A stretch of 64,000 nt of DNA from Kondoa subrosea (lineage: Eukaryota): positions 3,351,136-3,415,135 of the forward strand of contig BCIN01000001.1 in NCBI GenBank assembly GCA_039545335.1, read 5' to 3'. Position 1 is the first letter of the stretch. Each line of letters begins with the position of its first letter. Below the pieces are notes generated by a model, which saw only the letters and a program-made list of their open reading frames with translations, was not told the DNA's origin and searched no databases. Both the position numbers and the translations under genes were made by a program. Shown here piece by piece: positions 44,808 through 56,491 of the stretch.

Positions 44808-46125
44808 ATGACTAGAACAAAACAATCAGCCAGGAAATCCACCGGTGGAAAAGCACCTCGCAAGCACGTGAGCTGCTCTCAATAGCTAGATGCCTGCACA
44901 TTGCTCAATCATCTTTGCGAAATCGGCAAGTTGGCTGCCAAGGCTGCTCGTAAATCAGCTCCTCAAGCTGGTACTGGCTCAGGTCATCGAAGTCGATCTA
45001 ATTCAGATGATGAGGATAACAAGGACAACAGCGACGCAGAGCAAGATGAAGACAAGCCTGCTCGAAAGAAGCAGAAGCAGTCCGCAGGGCCCAAAGCTAC
45101 CATAGAATGGCTGTTGAGCGCTGAAGCTTTGCATTTGGCCTATCCTCCTCTACCAAAGGGAACAGGAGAAATAGGTCAGCTCGTTTCATGTAACAAGTAG
45201 GATTGCGACTAATGGCGTTGTATCCAGATTGGCCCTCTGGTCCCCATCGACGTGTTCCACCTGATAGTGAAGCTGGCAAAGCTACTTCAGCCGATCAAGA
45301 GTCTGCAGACGTTGCAGTTAGGAAAGAGAAGACTGATGTCGAGAAAGAGGAGGTAGCCAAAGACGAGAAGAATGACGACGATGCTGCACCTTCTGCTTCT
45401 ACAACTAATGATAAAGGCAAAACCGTGGCCAAGAATGAAGAAGAACCCGACTTCCTCGCTTACCCAGTCGCTCCTCTCTCACCGTTCCTGATTCTGCTCT
45501 CTACTCTTCTTCTGTCTAAGCCCCTGTCACATAACCTTCAGGTCGGTCACATTACACTGGAATGTAAACAATTTCTTATTCAGATAGACAGATTCGGACT
45601 ATAAACACCATGCTCAATCCGCCTTTCTCACTGCGTACCATTGCTACGCTGAAAGAAGCAGGTCAAGAAGGCATTCGAAACGCGATCTGGGAATCTCGAA
45701 CGCAACACAAAGAAAAGACGGCCGATCAGATTTGGGAATTGGTGGAATCAGTTATTGATATGGAGGGAACTTCAGACGAGGATGCGGACCAATTGTTGAA
45801 GTTCAAAGAGAAGGCTGTTGAGGTTGGTATGGAGAAAGCGGTTACCGGTTTCAAAGGCATAGGCAAAACTGGAGCTACGATATTCATGAGAAGAATTCAA
45901 GAACATTGGGAAGAATGTTACCCTTATGCTGATGAACGAGGATTGGAAGCTGCTGTCGAATTGGGATTGATTGAAGAAGGCGACGATGTAGAACAGCTGG
46001 CGCAAGCGATCTGGGATGGTAAGGGAGATGACAATGATGACGAAGCAAGAGCAAAGTTTGCCCGATTATTGGATGTCATGATCGGGCTGCAGCTGGAGAA
46101 GAAGCTCGGAGAGGCTCCGAAATGA
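44808..46125 (+). CDS. Histone-H3-tail-fused helix-hairpin-helix (EndoIII/HhH-GPD-like) protein, 383 aa
   Basis: Exons 44808-44867, 44931-45174, 45228-45541 and 45592-46125 total 1152 nt in frame. N-terminus [31 protein letters not shown]; no histone fold; C-terminal LLLSKPLSH...RTQHKEKTA...FKGIGKTGATIFMRRIQ..W...PYAD. Confidence 0.85.
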
Positions 46126-46754
46126 TGAAGTTCAAAGTTGACTACAGCTTATTCCATCACTTGGAGTGCAATACCATCGTATGCTATATACAAGTGCTCT
46201 GCTTCTCGTGGTGTCTTAGTCTATATGTATTCTTCTCGAGAAGGTGCGAAAGGTATGTATTGCAATGGCATTCCACAAAGGAAGATCTGTGCATTGTCTG
46301 AGATCACAAAAGTTATTGCTACCGAGAACGAATTTGCTGGAAAGGTAGGCCTGCCTAAAGTGTCAATTCATCGCTTCATTTAAAATTTACAAGCTGACGG
46401 CTTCCTACTCCAGGTGGTGCAACATGCAATATGTGGATATCCGGATCTTCGCCTTTGCTCACGTAGCGACCACTCGTCCCAAATTCAGCATAGAGCCTTC
46501 CACGTGTGCCATATCGAGTGGGTAGTTCGCTCGAAGATCTTTCACCCAAGCCGAGATTTTGTCGCAATTCCACCAAGCAGAAAAAATGTTCTAATTCCTA
46601 GCGCAAGGATGTGTCAAGGCAATTGCCTTCCGATCCTGGATAAATAGAAGGCGAGACGCATAGAGAGAAAAGTCGCAAGTCTACTTTTGATGTTTAGACA
46701 AACGGCTGAAACTTTCCAAAGGGCTGACACTCTTCCAATAAATGCTGGGCTGGT

Positions 46755-48009
46755 TCATTTCACCGTTGCTTTCGAGCTGTCCATTGGCCGAAAGAATATC
46801 CAACTTGTTCCATTAGCAGCAAATACCTTGACTTCTTCTTCAAGCAAGCCGGTCCAAAGTGTTTCCGCTTTACTTGTATGAGGATGATCTAGATGACCTA
46901 AATTGCCATGCTCGTTCCAACCCCAGCCAAGAACTACTTGCTTCCCTTCTTTCGCTTCCGCAACCGCCAAAGCATGTTCACTTCCGCAGACTAAAGATTG
47001 TACTGTGCTAAGATCTTCAATTGAGTAGGAAGAACCGGTGGAAGATCGCCCAAGCTGCCCGAAATCATTTGCGCCGAAGCTGGTGACTTGATGAGAGGAA
47101 CTGAGCAGGAAAGTACTGTTCCAAGTACAATGGACAGAAATGATAGTATATCCGAAAGCGGAAGCAGTATTGATGATTTGCCAACCTTGTTCGGCTCGAC
47201 TATCAGATGGCCTGTGAATTTGACCTTTACTGTTGCTGCCGCAGGTAAGAAGATATTGCTTCGAAGCAGATTGTACTAGAACCGCCGAGTGATCTTTGCC
47301 GACTGCGATAGACAGGATTTTTGCCTTAATGATGTCCTCAGGCAGTGCAATTCGGATAGGGCTAGTCTCTGCGGTAGAAAGGGCGGGCGGAGGGTCAGAG
47401 AGTGGTATTCTACCTCCGACAGAAAGATTGCTGACCTTTTGCGAATAGTTGTCCTAGTTGACCTTTTCGTCCTGCTCCCCAGCCGACTAGCAGATCTTCT
47501 TCTCCATCGGATGTTATGACAGCCAGGACATGACGTGGACCAGCTGCTATGCTCTTGATCCGTATTGTAGCATTATAAATTTCCGTTATATAGATTTTGA
47601 CCTGTCCTAGCTTGTCCGAATCAGTCGTCGATGCACGGCCAAGCAATCCAAAGTCATTTGAGCCGCAAGAGAGCACGATATCGCCTTCTTCAGAATTATG
47701 AGATTGCATGACAAAGAACGAAGTTTCCCAAGAAGCAGCTACATCGACACATTTGTAATAAGAGTATTCGTCCGGAAAGTGTAAGCGTTGGAAAGAAGTG
47801 CCAGAAGTCACGGAAGACGAGAGTTGGCCTTTGCTGTTATCGCCTGAAACCCAAACAGAGGCATCTTCAGCCAAGATCAGTGTATGATTGGCTCCGCTTG
47901 CTAGAGCAGTGATAGGCAGAGAGAAGGAGCAATCTGTCCAAGTGTGACTGTCTTCGGTGCTGCCTGTGCCCAGTTGTCCTTGAGCGTTTGAGCCAGCTGC
48001 CAGCAGCAT
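46755..48009 (-). CDS. ATS1: RCC1-repeat protein, Ats1/Kti13-like
   Basis: MLLAAGSNAQGQLG, ASGANHTL, GDNSKGQL, GSNDFGLLG, WGAGRKGQLG, CGSEHAL, WGWNEHGNLG, NGTSWI. Confidence 0.75.
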
Positions 48010-48559
48010 GCAATTGCTGCTATGACCGAGTAACACTTCTGTGAGCTATTGCGGCACTGTCTGGAGTAAGGTCTTGCTTCGTCCAAGAAAAGGTGTGACC
48101 TTGGTTCGTCTCAAACGAGCACCTGTCAGTCCCGAGACTGGCTTTGTGTATACCTGGCTGCCTAGATACCATCTCAAGCGATCATCAGCTTGAATCCGAA
48201 GTAGCTAGGGGAGGAATCGTTTGGCTGCAGCAAGACTTCAACTGTTCAACTGAACAGATCTTGGACAAGGCATTGAGTAAAAGCAAAGCGTAGAGGTATA
48301 GGGTCTGGCTGGCAGCAATCGAGCAGAGCGGGAGGCCTGCAAGTGTCTAGAACGATTCACAGATCTGGAGCAAAGCAAGGTCAGGAGAAGCGAGGCGCTA
48401 GAGTGTAGAGTAGTCTTTCAGGTCAGTGGGATTGCAGTAATAAGCTTGGTGTATAGCTGATGTCAACGTTGTGCAGCTTTGCAAGCACTTGGGCCAAAGT
48501 CGATATCAAGCTGAACTGCTACTCTTCCTTCATTATTCCCACTTTACACTATACTCAGA

Positions 48560-49821
48560 ATGCCTCGTCAACTCAGTCGCTTAGAATCTCTTCCAGTCGA
48601 ACTGCTCTCTTCAATTCTCATCAAAGCTGGAGACGAAGATAACGGGCCAAATTGCGTTACAAGCTTTCTCAACATTTCAAAACACCTCAATTCTGTCCTT
48701 CTACCATGTGCTTGGTTTCGTAGCATCAAATTCTGGCGGATGAGCGACATCACGGACTTTCTGCATTACGTTTGCGCGCACCAAGAAATGCGTTCAATGG
48801 TCCGCTTTTTGCACTTTCCATGGTTAGTGGGCCAGCTTATACCGTACGAAGGAGATCCGGAATTGGATCTGTTTGAACGCGATTGCGCTTCTGCCATCTC
48901 ACTATTACATCTGCTGCCGGAGCTTTGGGATATCAATGATCTTCCATCTCTTAGCAGATTTCACAGCACGACCTTACTGCACCTGATCCATCGCAAACAT
49001 TTACTATTTGTCGATTTCGCGATAATCTATCACAAAAAGCGAGACATCCTGGCTACTGCTACTTGGCTTGACTATCACCAACTGGTTCAAAATGGAAGCC
49101 TGCAGCAAATCCATTGCGCAGGAATTGAAAAGCCTGTGCCGACTTGTTTCACACCATCGTCGATTGTATCTCCCATTACAACTCTTTCTCTGAGCAATAT
49201 GGATAGTTTCTCCAGGAATGATTTGGCACGGTTGTTAGCTGCGCTCAGCTCACCATTGAGTGCTTTGAATCTGACAAATCTACCTTCAATACTTAAGGCC
49301 GACCTTGTTTCTGTGTTGCGAGAATACGGCTCCTCCTTCAAAGGCTTCAAAGACAGTCAGTGTGACATTGTCGACGAGAACGGTCGCGTTGCCAATCGGG
49401 GACCTGGTGGCTTGACTGCGCAAGATCTCTTTTCAAATCTTTCAAGCGCAAAAGTCCTTGAGTTCGGCGGCAAAGGGCTTCTTTCAAACTTAGCCTTGGT
49501 CAAATTACCACCGGCATTGAGTTCGCTAGTTCTGAATGAATGTATTGGTTTGTCTTGGCTTCGTGAGTAGCAGTTTGCGATCGAGTTAGCAATCTCTTAT
49601 GCCCTTCTGATGCAGTCAATTCTGTCCGACAATGGGATAATCCTGGGCTGCAGCTGGATGTGGAATTCCCTGGAAATGAATATTATTTGGCCGAGGAGCT
49701 CGCTGCCCTTAGAGTGAGTTGTTTGCGACTGCTCGTTGCTGCCGTGCGATTGATTTACAAAATCTTTTAGGATTGCTGCAACTTGAAACAAATCGCTCTG
49801 ACAATGCGTGAAGAGGATTAG
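48560..49821 (+). CDS. F-box-like/leucine-rich-repeat protein (3' end uncertain)
   Basis: 336-aa first exon with LESLPVELLSSIL F-box-like start and LxxLxL repeats; downstream exon phase not resolved. Confidence 0.55.
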
Positions 49822-50053
49822 ATTGAGGCTTGTCCGCAGTGGATTACATGAAATGACCTACAGTCATGATTTATACAGTCTCGGATAAATTCGGCAATTG
49901 ATAATTTCGCTTCCACAAGCAGCCAAGCATATCGGACAGAGCGACAGATAGATACCTGTGCACTACGTATATGCCCCCGTAGTGATCTCAATCTCCTGCA
50001 CACCCTCTCTCGCTACCTGTTCTTCCAATAAGGGGTCCCGCTTTCGAGTAACA

Positions 50054-52113
50054 ATGGCTGCTCGCAATCTAGTGAAACGACATGCTCACTTCCACACCTC
50101 TCCTGTGGCGATTCCTTCAGCTTCTACAGCTCCAGTAGGGACAGAAGCCTATGCTGTCAGTCTTTCGAATCACAAATCTCATGTTGAAGCTGAGATGAGA
50201 TTGCAGGCTTTATCCCTTGGCGTAGATTCGACGTACTATAGACGGTACAGAGATCCTACAGCTCATGACGAGTCATCCGGAGTTGAACGCTACAAGATTG
50301 CTCGAAGACCGATACCGCTTCTAAAGTCCGTTCCCGCAGGCGCATCCCAAGCCAAGAGCAAAAGTAAAGGTGCTGTCAAGCTGGAGAAGCAGAGGGATGT
50401 GGAAGACAAGAGCAGGGAAGCGATGGAAGCTAGTTGGCAAGGTTCTCAAGTCAATGAACCGCCGAAACAGGCTGTCGATACTGGTGTGAATGTCGAGAAA
50501 GGCCGTCCAATGGCAGCCTTATTCAGTGGTACTGGGTCTCAATACCTTCTGATGGGTGAGAAATCTTTGTCGCATCATTTGGATCGGTTTTGAGCCTAAT
50601 TTCGGTCAGGTTCTTTCATGCTATCCTCGGATCAATATACATCTGCTCGTGATACGTGGGATGAAGCAGAAGAAGTGAATGCAGATCCATAATCACAAAA
50701 GCGCTCCTAATCATTCTTGCAGGCACTTTCGCGCTTCGAATCTTGGCGGAAAAATTTGGATCTATCTTCGCGTCCAGAATTACAGAAGCTGGATTTAGAC
50801 AACTGGCCAGCTTGGCAGACAGAACGCTCAGCAGATCAACTGCGCAAGATTGTATTCGGGGGTTCTCAAGTAAGTCTTTTGGCAAATAGATTCCACAGAA
50901 GTGCTAACCGAACGTGAACAGAAACTCCTGACCAAATCCTCGAACGCTCAGCCTGCTATTCTCATTACCGCTATTGCTTTACTTCGAACACTCGAGAAGG
51001 AATACGAAACACCTATTTGCGATATGGCGAGCTGTTTTGCAGGTCACAGTTCAGGAGAATTCGCCGCCTTAGTTGCTTCTGGTGCTATCTCGTTTGCGCA
51101 AGGGGTTTGGCTAACAGTAAGTCCGAAAGCCATAAATACATTAGATCTGATCCAGTAACATCGATTTACAGCGTTTGCACGGTCTTCTGACTTCAAGAAC
51201 ACTTATGACCTCCAATCTCCAATCATACATGGCAGAAGATGCGCCTGCAGCTGAAAGAGCACAGATGTCAGCTTTGGTCATTAATCCTGTTCGTCTCTGT
51301 ATCTGTTGTATTCTGCCTCTTACTGATCTTGTGTATTAGTCAATTACTCACGACCAGTTTGCAGCAGAGGTGAAGCAAATACGCAGAGCTCATCGTGGCA
51401 CACCCCTCGGTGTTATAGAGATCGCCTCATTCAATAGCGTACGTTCTCTCCTAAATCTCTGTGATAGTCATCGACGTTTCTCTACAGGCTGCACAAATCG
51501 TATTAGCTGGGACGAGAGCCGCAATCCATCATACAGCCCATCTGCTGCACGAGAAAGGGATGGCTTACCACGCGGCAGATATACCCTGCTGGACTGCTTT
51601 CCATACTCGTCAGTGAGCAAGGAACTACAAATGAGTTGATGAGCTGACGGGTCGGATAATTTGACAGGCTCTCAAATACCAGCTGAAGCCGGAATGAAAG
51701 TTGCTCTAGCTCATCCTTCTATTGACCTCAAAGCACCGAGCAAACCTGTAGTATCATGCCTCAATGGGGAAATACTATCAAGTGAGTCCAGGCTTGCGTT
51801 ACTCAGTCCTATTTAAATAGCCAATCTTATTCTCTCAGCGCCTGAAGACATCAAGTCCGCTCTGGTGTCCCAAATATCGCGACCAGTGCGATGGACAACA
51901 GCCTTAGATACACTGCGCAATCAATTAGGAGTCAGAGAATTCGTTTTCGTCGGTGGAAAAGCTTTGGCCAATTTAGCGAAACGAGAAACGGAGCGCGGTA
52001 ATTGGGGAGAAGTGCCAGAACAAGTAGAGGGCAAGCACAACGAATGGGGAATACATTGCGCCTCGACAGAGCAAGATCTAAAAGCGGTTCGAGCAAGGTT
52101 TGGGAAACAGTAG
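50054..52113 (+). CDS. MCT1: Malonyl-CoA:ACP transacylase (FabD)-like protein, probably mitochondrial
   Basis: LFSGTGSQY, SNAQPAIL, AGHSSGEFAAL, IASFNS..QIVLAG, TAFHT, QISRPVRW; presequence-like N-terminus. Confidence 0.8.
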
Positions 52114-52387
52114 TTCGAGAACGCGTCTTCAAACTTTGTTTCTGTTTTTGTGTCCAGAGATTGTCAATAGCTCTTTTGTATTTGTGCATTATTCGCATTG
52201 TAACACTAGCCATCTTCTTTCAGCTTCGACCTACGATACTCCTACAATAGACCATCGTCATACTCAACGGAGTTTCCGAGAGACAAAAAAAGTCTCCTTC
52301 TTGTTTAGAATTTCTTTTGCAGATCTTCCGCTCTGTCCTCACACACCAAACGTATTGGCTTGCTCTCGAGCTCTGGAATCAGTCGCC

Positions 52388-53435
52388 ATGCCAAAACATC
52401 GGAGGACCAGAAGCGTAGATATGGTGCAGGACGAGAACATTCAAACCGCAACCAACAATAAAACGGGAATCAAGCGCATGTCAATGCCAGTCTGGAGCAA
52501 GCGCTCTAGCATGATCACCAAGAGCACTGTACCGAGACGGTCTATCTTGCAACGTGAGTCGGCAATTAAGATGTCTAAACCTTGAGATTGACTTGTTTTG
52601 TTTTTCTGATTTAGCTTTGCAGATCCTTCAAGAACACCAAAACAATGATACTTCGTTCTGCGAAACTACCTTAACTTCCTACTCGGATCTCCACCATGAA
52701 TCCATTCCTGAAGCACCTCAAGAACGGTTAATTGCCGAAACCAGATTGTGGATTGATCAACTAGACCAAGCGGAAGGTAGCATTCGAGCAGCGCAAGAAA
52801 AGCAGAAGCCACTAGAGTTGAAGCCAATCGGAAAGGAAGCAATCGACCTTGATGCTGTATGGCTTGGATTCCTGGATGAAGCTGACGAAGAATCGCCGGA
52901 AGCTCTGGCAGCCAACTCTTCTGGCCTCTCCTTATCCAGTCTCTTCCCAGTACCCCCTTCTACAGCTCGACCAACGCTGCCAAACGAGGCTATCCTCGGA
53001 AGCAACACTCTTCCACGTCGCCTTTCTTCTCTCCCTCCATTCCGTCCAAATCTGCCAAACCGACCTCATGCACTTAGTCTGAGCCTCACTTTTCCTTCGT
53101 CCACTACTCTGTCATCACCGCAAGATTCCGGACCAGGTTCGGCACCTCTTCCATCTCGAGCAGTCTTTTCCTCGATCAATTCAGACGACTATCAACAACT
53201 GACCTCGCACCAATCCTACCATTACCGCAACGATAGTCAGCCCAATTCAGCTCGAACATCTCTCTCATACTCGACTGCAACAGACATCACGCTGCTCACT
53301 CCGCGATTATCACAGACCGTCTTTTTTGCTAATCAAGCCGGAGGAATGGATTTTGGTGACTGGGCAGAAGCGAGAAAGAATGAAGCAGTGCTTTTTGAAG
53401 AGGAAGAAATCGTCGAGTGGGGTTTCGCTTTGTAA
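52388..53435 (+). CDS. Hypothetical Ser/Pro-rich protein (2 exons)
   Basis: ATG at 52388 and a GTGAGT...TTAG intron join the 293-codon ORF ending IVEWGFAL*. Confidence 0.65.
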
Positions 53436-54147
53436 AGGTTCATCTTTCTGTGTTGGTTTTGGTGTTTGGGCTTTCATTGGACAAGCGGGAGGAGGAAGAG
53501 TAATCAGATACGGAAGTGGTGTGCATACTGGTCTCGAGATGGCATGGGGATTGTACAGAGTTGGCATTGTACATGATGAAGTGCGAAGAGGGATTTAGAA
53601 GCTTTGTTGTTGTGATCGAGATCAGCAGGCAATGCATTGTTACTGGCTTACAAGCCAGACATGCCCGCAAAACCGACCGAGACAGTAGAGCGGAGTGTGC
53701 TTTTAAGTGGAAGCGTAAGCACAATGAAAGCGGAGATGCTGTTTAAGTCGCGATGATCGGCCACCGTCAGGCAGAACAGCTCAAAAAATGCAGAATTTCC
53801 TTGTGAGTAGACCAGCATCCGGGGTAGAGGGATTTCAAGTTTCAAAGGCATCCTGTGTAGCGGCTTAGGTGGCTTGTTGCTCAAGCGTTGTTTTGACCTC
53901 ACCTGCCCTTCTGCCTCGATAACCTGTAGCTACTCACAACCTTACAGTTCCACAATTGCCGTTCTTATTCCCGTTCTTTACTCTGCCCAGCTTATCCAGC
54001 TTTCTCGATTGCAATGCAAATCCGTCACTTCCTAGTCTGCTGGGAACGAGAATCATGCCTTGTCTTGAGCTCGCATCTTCGCTCTTGTACCGTCACGTTG
54101 AAGAAGCTTTACCGACACACCACCAGGCGCAATGACTTGTGCTCGTA

Positions 54148-55084
54148 CTATCTGTTCTGAATCGGAAGCAATGCCTTGACTTTCTCTCTAACTTCTTCCG
54201 GACTAAAGTTGCCGATTGGTACTGCTTTGATTGCTGCTTGAATTTGATCTGAAGGATGATAGACGGACCAATTCTTCTGTTCGCTTGAAGTAGGTGAATC
54301 GAAATCATGTACATTTTTATGGCGAGATTCGGATTCCTTATCAAACAGTCAGCGAGTGGAGAAAATCCTCTGATGTTAACACTTACTAATAGATGAGCCT
54401 GCAAAATGGGCCCGCTAAACCGAATGCCGTGACATTTCTCAATGATCGGATCCGTAGAAACATGCAACAAGAGGTCCATGTTCTGACTTGTATGCATTCT
54501 TAACTACGTCCCAATCAGACTCGAATCTCATTGATCCAAAAAGAGAGATTCACTTGATGACAAGCGCAAAGAATCAAGCAATTGCTGCAATTCTCGATGA
54601 ACACACTGCCTTTGAATGCAGGCAAGATAATGAAAGAATCGTGCAAATCACTTAGATGAGCAGAAAGAGGTTCTTTAGCTGAATTGAGGTAATTGACAAA
54701 GCAAGACTTCAAGCGAGACAAGCTGATATTAGCCGAAGTGCTTGGAGTAAGGATGATCCCTTCTTGCCATTCCTTCAGAGTTACAGCAGATTCTTCAGAT
54801 GGACTTGACACTTGGGCAGTTACTTTCTTCAGGCCAAAACGAGCTTTCGTCTTGACAGGTCGAATGATCCTCTTTTCCAGCTCTTTCAATTGCTAAGCAT
54901 ACCAGTTCTAAGTATCTTCTTCCCTAATCCATGATCCGTAGCGCACTGTGTCTCGTTTGCGTTGTTCATACAAAGGCAAATTTGCATAATCGACTTCAGA
55001 CACGGTCCTCAAGCTTTGCAAGTCTGCTTCTGATATCGCAATCCTCTGTTGCAGGCTCTGGTATAATGTAGCATAGTCGGCCAT
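54148..55084 (-). CDS. TBCC: Tubulin-folding cofactor C (TBCC/Cin2)
   Basis: GSVFIENCSNC...CHQ|LRMHTS, PIIEKCHGIRF, VHDFD...NW (C-CAP/cofactor C domain). Confidence 0.88.
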
Positions 55085-55755
55085 GCCGTAGGGGTATTGG
55101 ATCGCTGCTTCTGTCAAAATGTTACACAGATTGTCAGACCAACCTTATCCTACATTGCAGTCCATTCCATACGTGCTGTAGCTCTGTGCCCTACTCCTCG
55201 CAGATGCAGAGTCTTGAGAGCGAGGCCGGCTTTATTTCACAAGAGTAGTCTGCCCATACTGACTTACTGTACAATACCAAGCTTCCCTTACAGCTCCCGC
55301 CCGGTAAAACACACAGACAGCTGCCAAGTCCTTATCTCCTTTGTGCTTTAAAAGATGGACAAGTCGATAGCGCTACCCCTCATTTACGTACAAGCATAGT
55401 ACGAACATAGCCTCATGAGCGAGTCCAGTCCTCCGCTTATCTAACGTAAACAGTGTTTGCACGTTTTAGCCTGCTTATCTAACGGATCAATTGATCTGCC
55501 AAGATCCCGATTAAAGTTTTGGACCTCCAACACGCGGAGCACCACCGCGGGAATTTACGTACTAACGGACATCTTCGCTTATTCCAAAAGGAGTTCCTTT
55601 CTTATCCCATCACTACCACAATCCTGCAGATATCTTTTTGTCAATCATTTCAAGCCAAGCACTCAACCTCACAGCAGCCCAAATCAGCTGCCTACCATCA
55701 AATTTGAAATTTGCCTCAACATCTTGAACTCCTCTTATCAGCTATAATCCTAAGC

Positions 55756-56220
55756 ATGTTCGCATCCGTAGCAATAGACGAGTATGTCATCCTTGCTTGC
55801 TCTGCTCAATACTATCCAATAGGCTTATTCGGCATCTATTAGGCTAGACTTCGGGAAAATGAGCATAAGTCAAGAGGAGCTCGAGAAGCAACATCTAAGG
55901 GCATTCTTGCTGTCAACGCTACCGAAATCAGGTTACATGCGAGTCAGCTCTCCTGTTAGTCTCTCATGCTTTCGATCTGTACGATTTTTTGGTCTGACAT
56001 GAATTATTACGTATAGCCGATCTTGATGAATCATGAGCAAACAAGTAGTCTCAGCTTACCATGTCAAAGAACGGATAGCTCTTCATCTTTCTCATATTCT
56101 TCCCCTTCAAGATCTTCTTTCGACTCGAGTAATTCTTCCGCCGGGAGTTCACTAAATCTTTCGTCATCTCCCGAAGCGAGGATACAACAATCACAACAAC
56201 AGCAGCAACAGCATCGATAA
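55756..56220 (+). CDS. Small hypothetical Ser-rich protein (3 exons)
   Basis: MFASVAIDE|LDFGKMSISQEELEKQHLRAFLL...YMR|PILMNHEQ... splices in frame through canonical introns. Confidence 0.55.
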
Positions 56221-56491
56221 AAGCAGATCCACCACCATTGGACCTGGCATCATAAAATATCATAAAATAGAATGGCTTTTTTTCACATGCCAGAATTTCC
56301 GGTGTTATTCAAGATTTAGAGTTATAGAAGAGGTGTGGTCAGTAGATAGTTTTTGTACCAACTAATTAGTCGTTACTTTGTGTGTATTTAACTCTTTAGC
56401 ATCATTCTTTATATTATTCATTGTACAACGTGATATTACAACTCTTGTCGACAACATTTCCCCTTTGTGTGTACAATCCTCCGCTTCCCTG

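Noticed and set aside
44808..44972. Canonical histone H3 or CENP-A gene
   Set aside because: I found no KKPHRYRPG or histone-fold sequence downstream; the frame continues into an unrelated domain.
46220..46660. Possible small spliced gene on the minus strand between the HhH gene and ATS1
   Set aside because: A frame can be stitched together, but there is no motif support or clear start; insufficient evidence.
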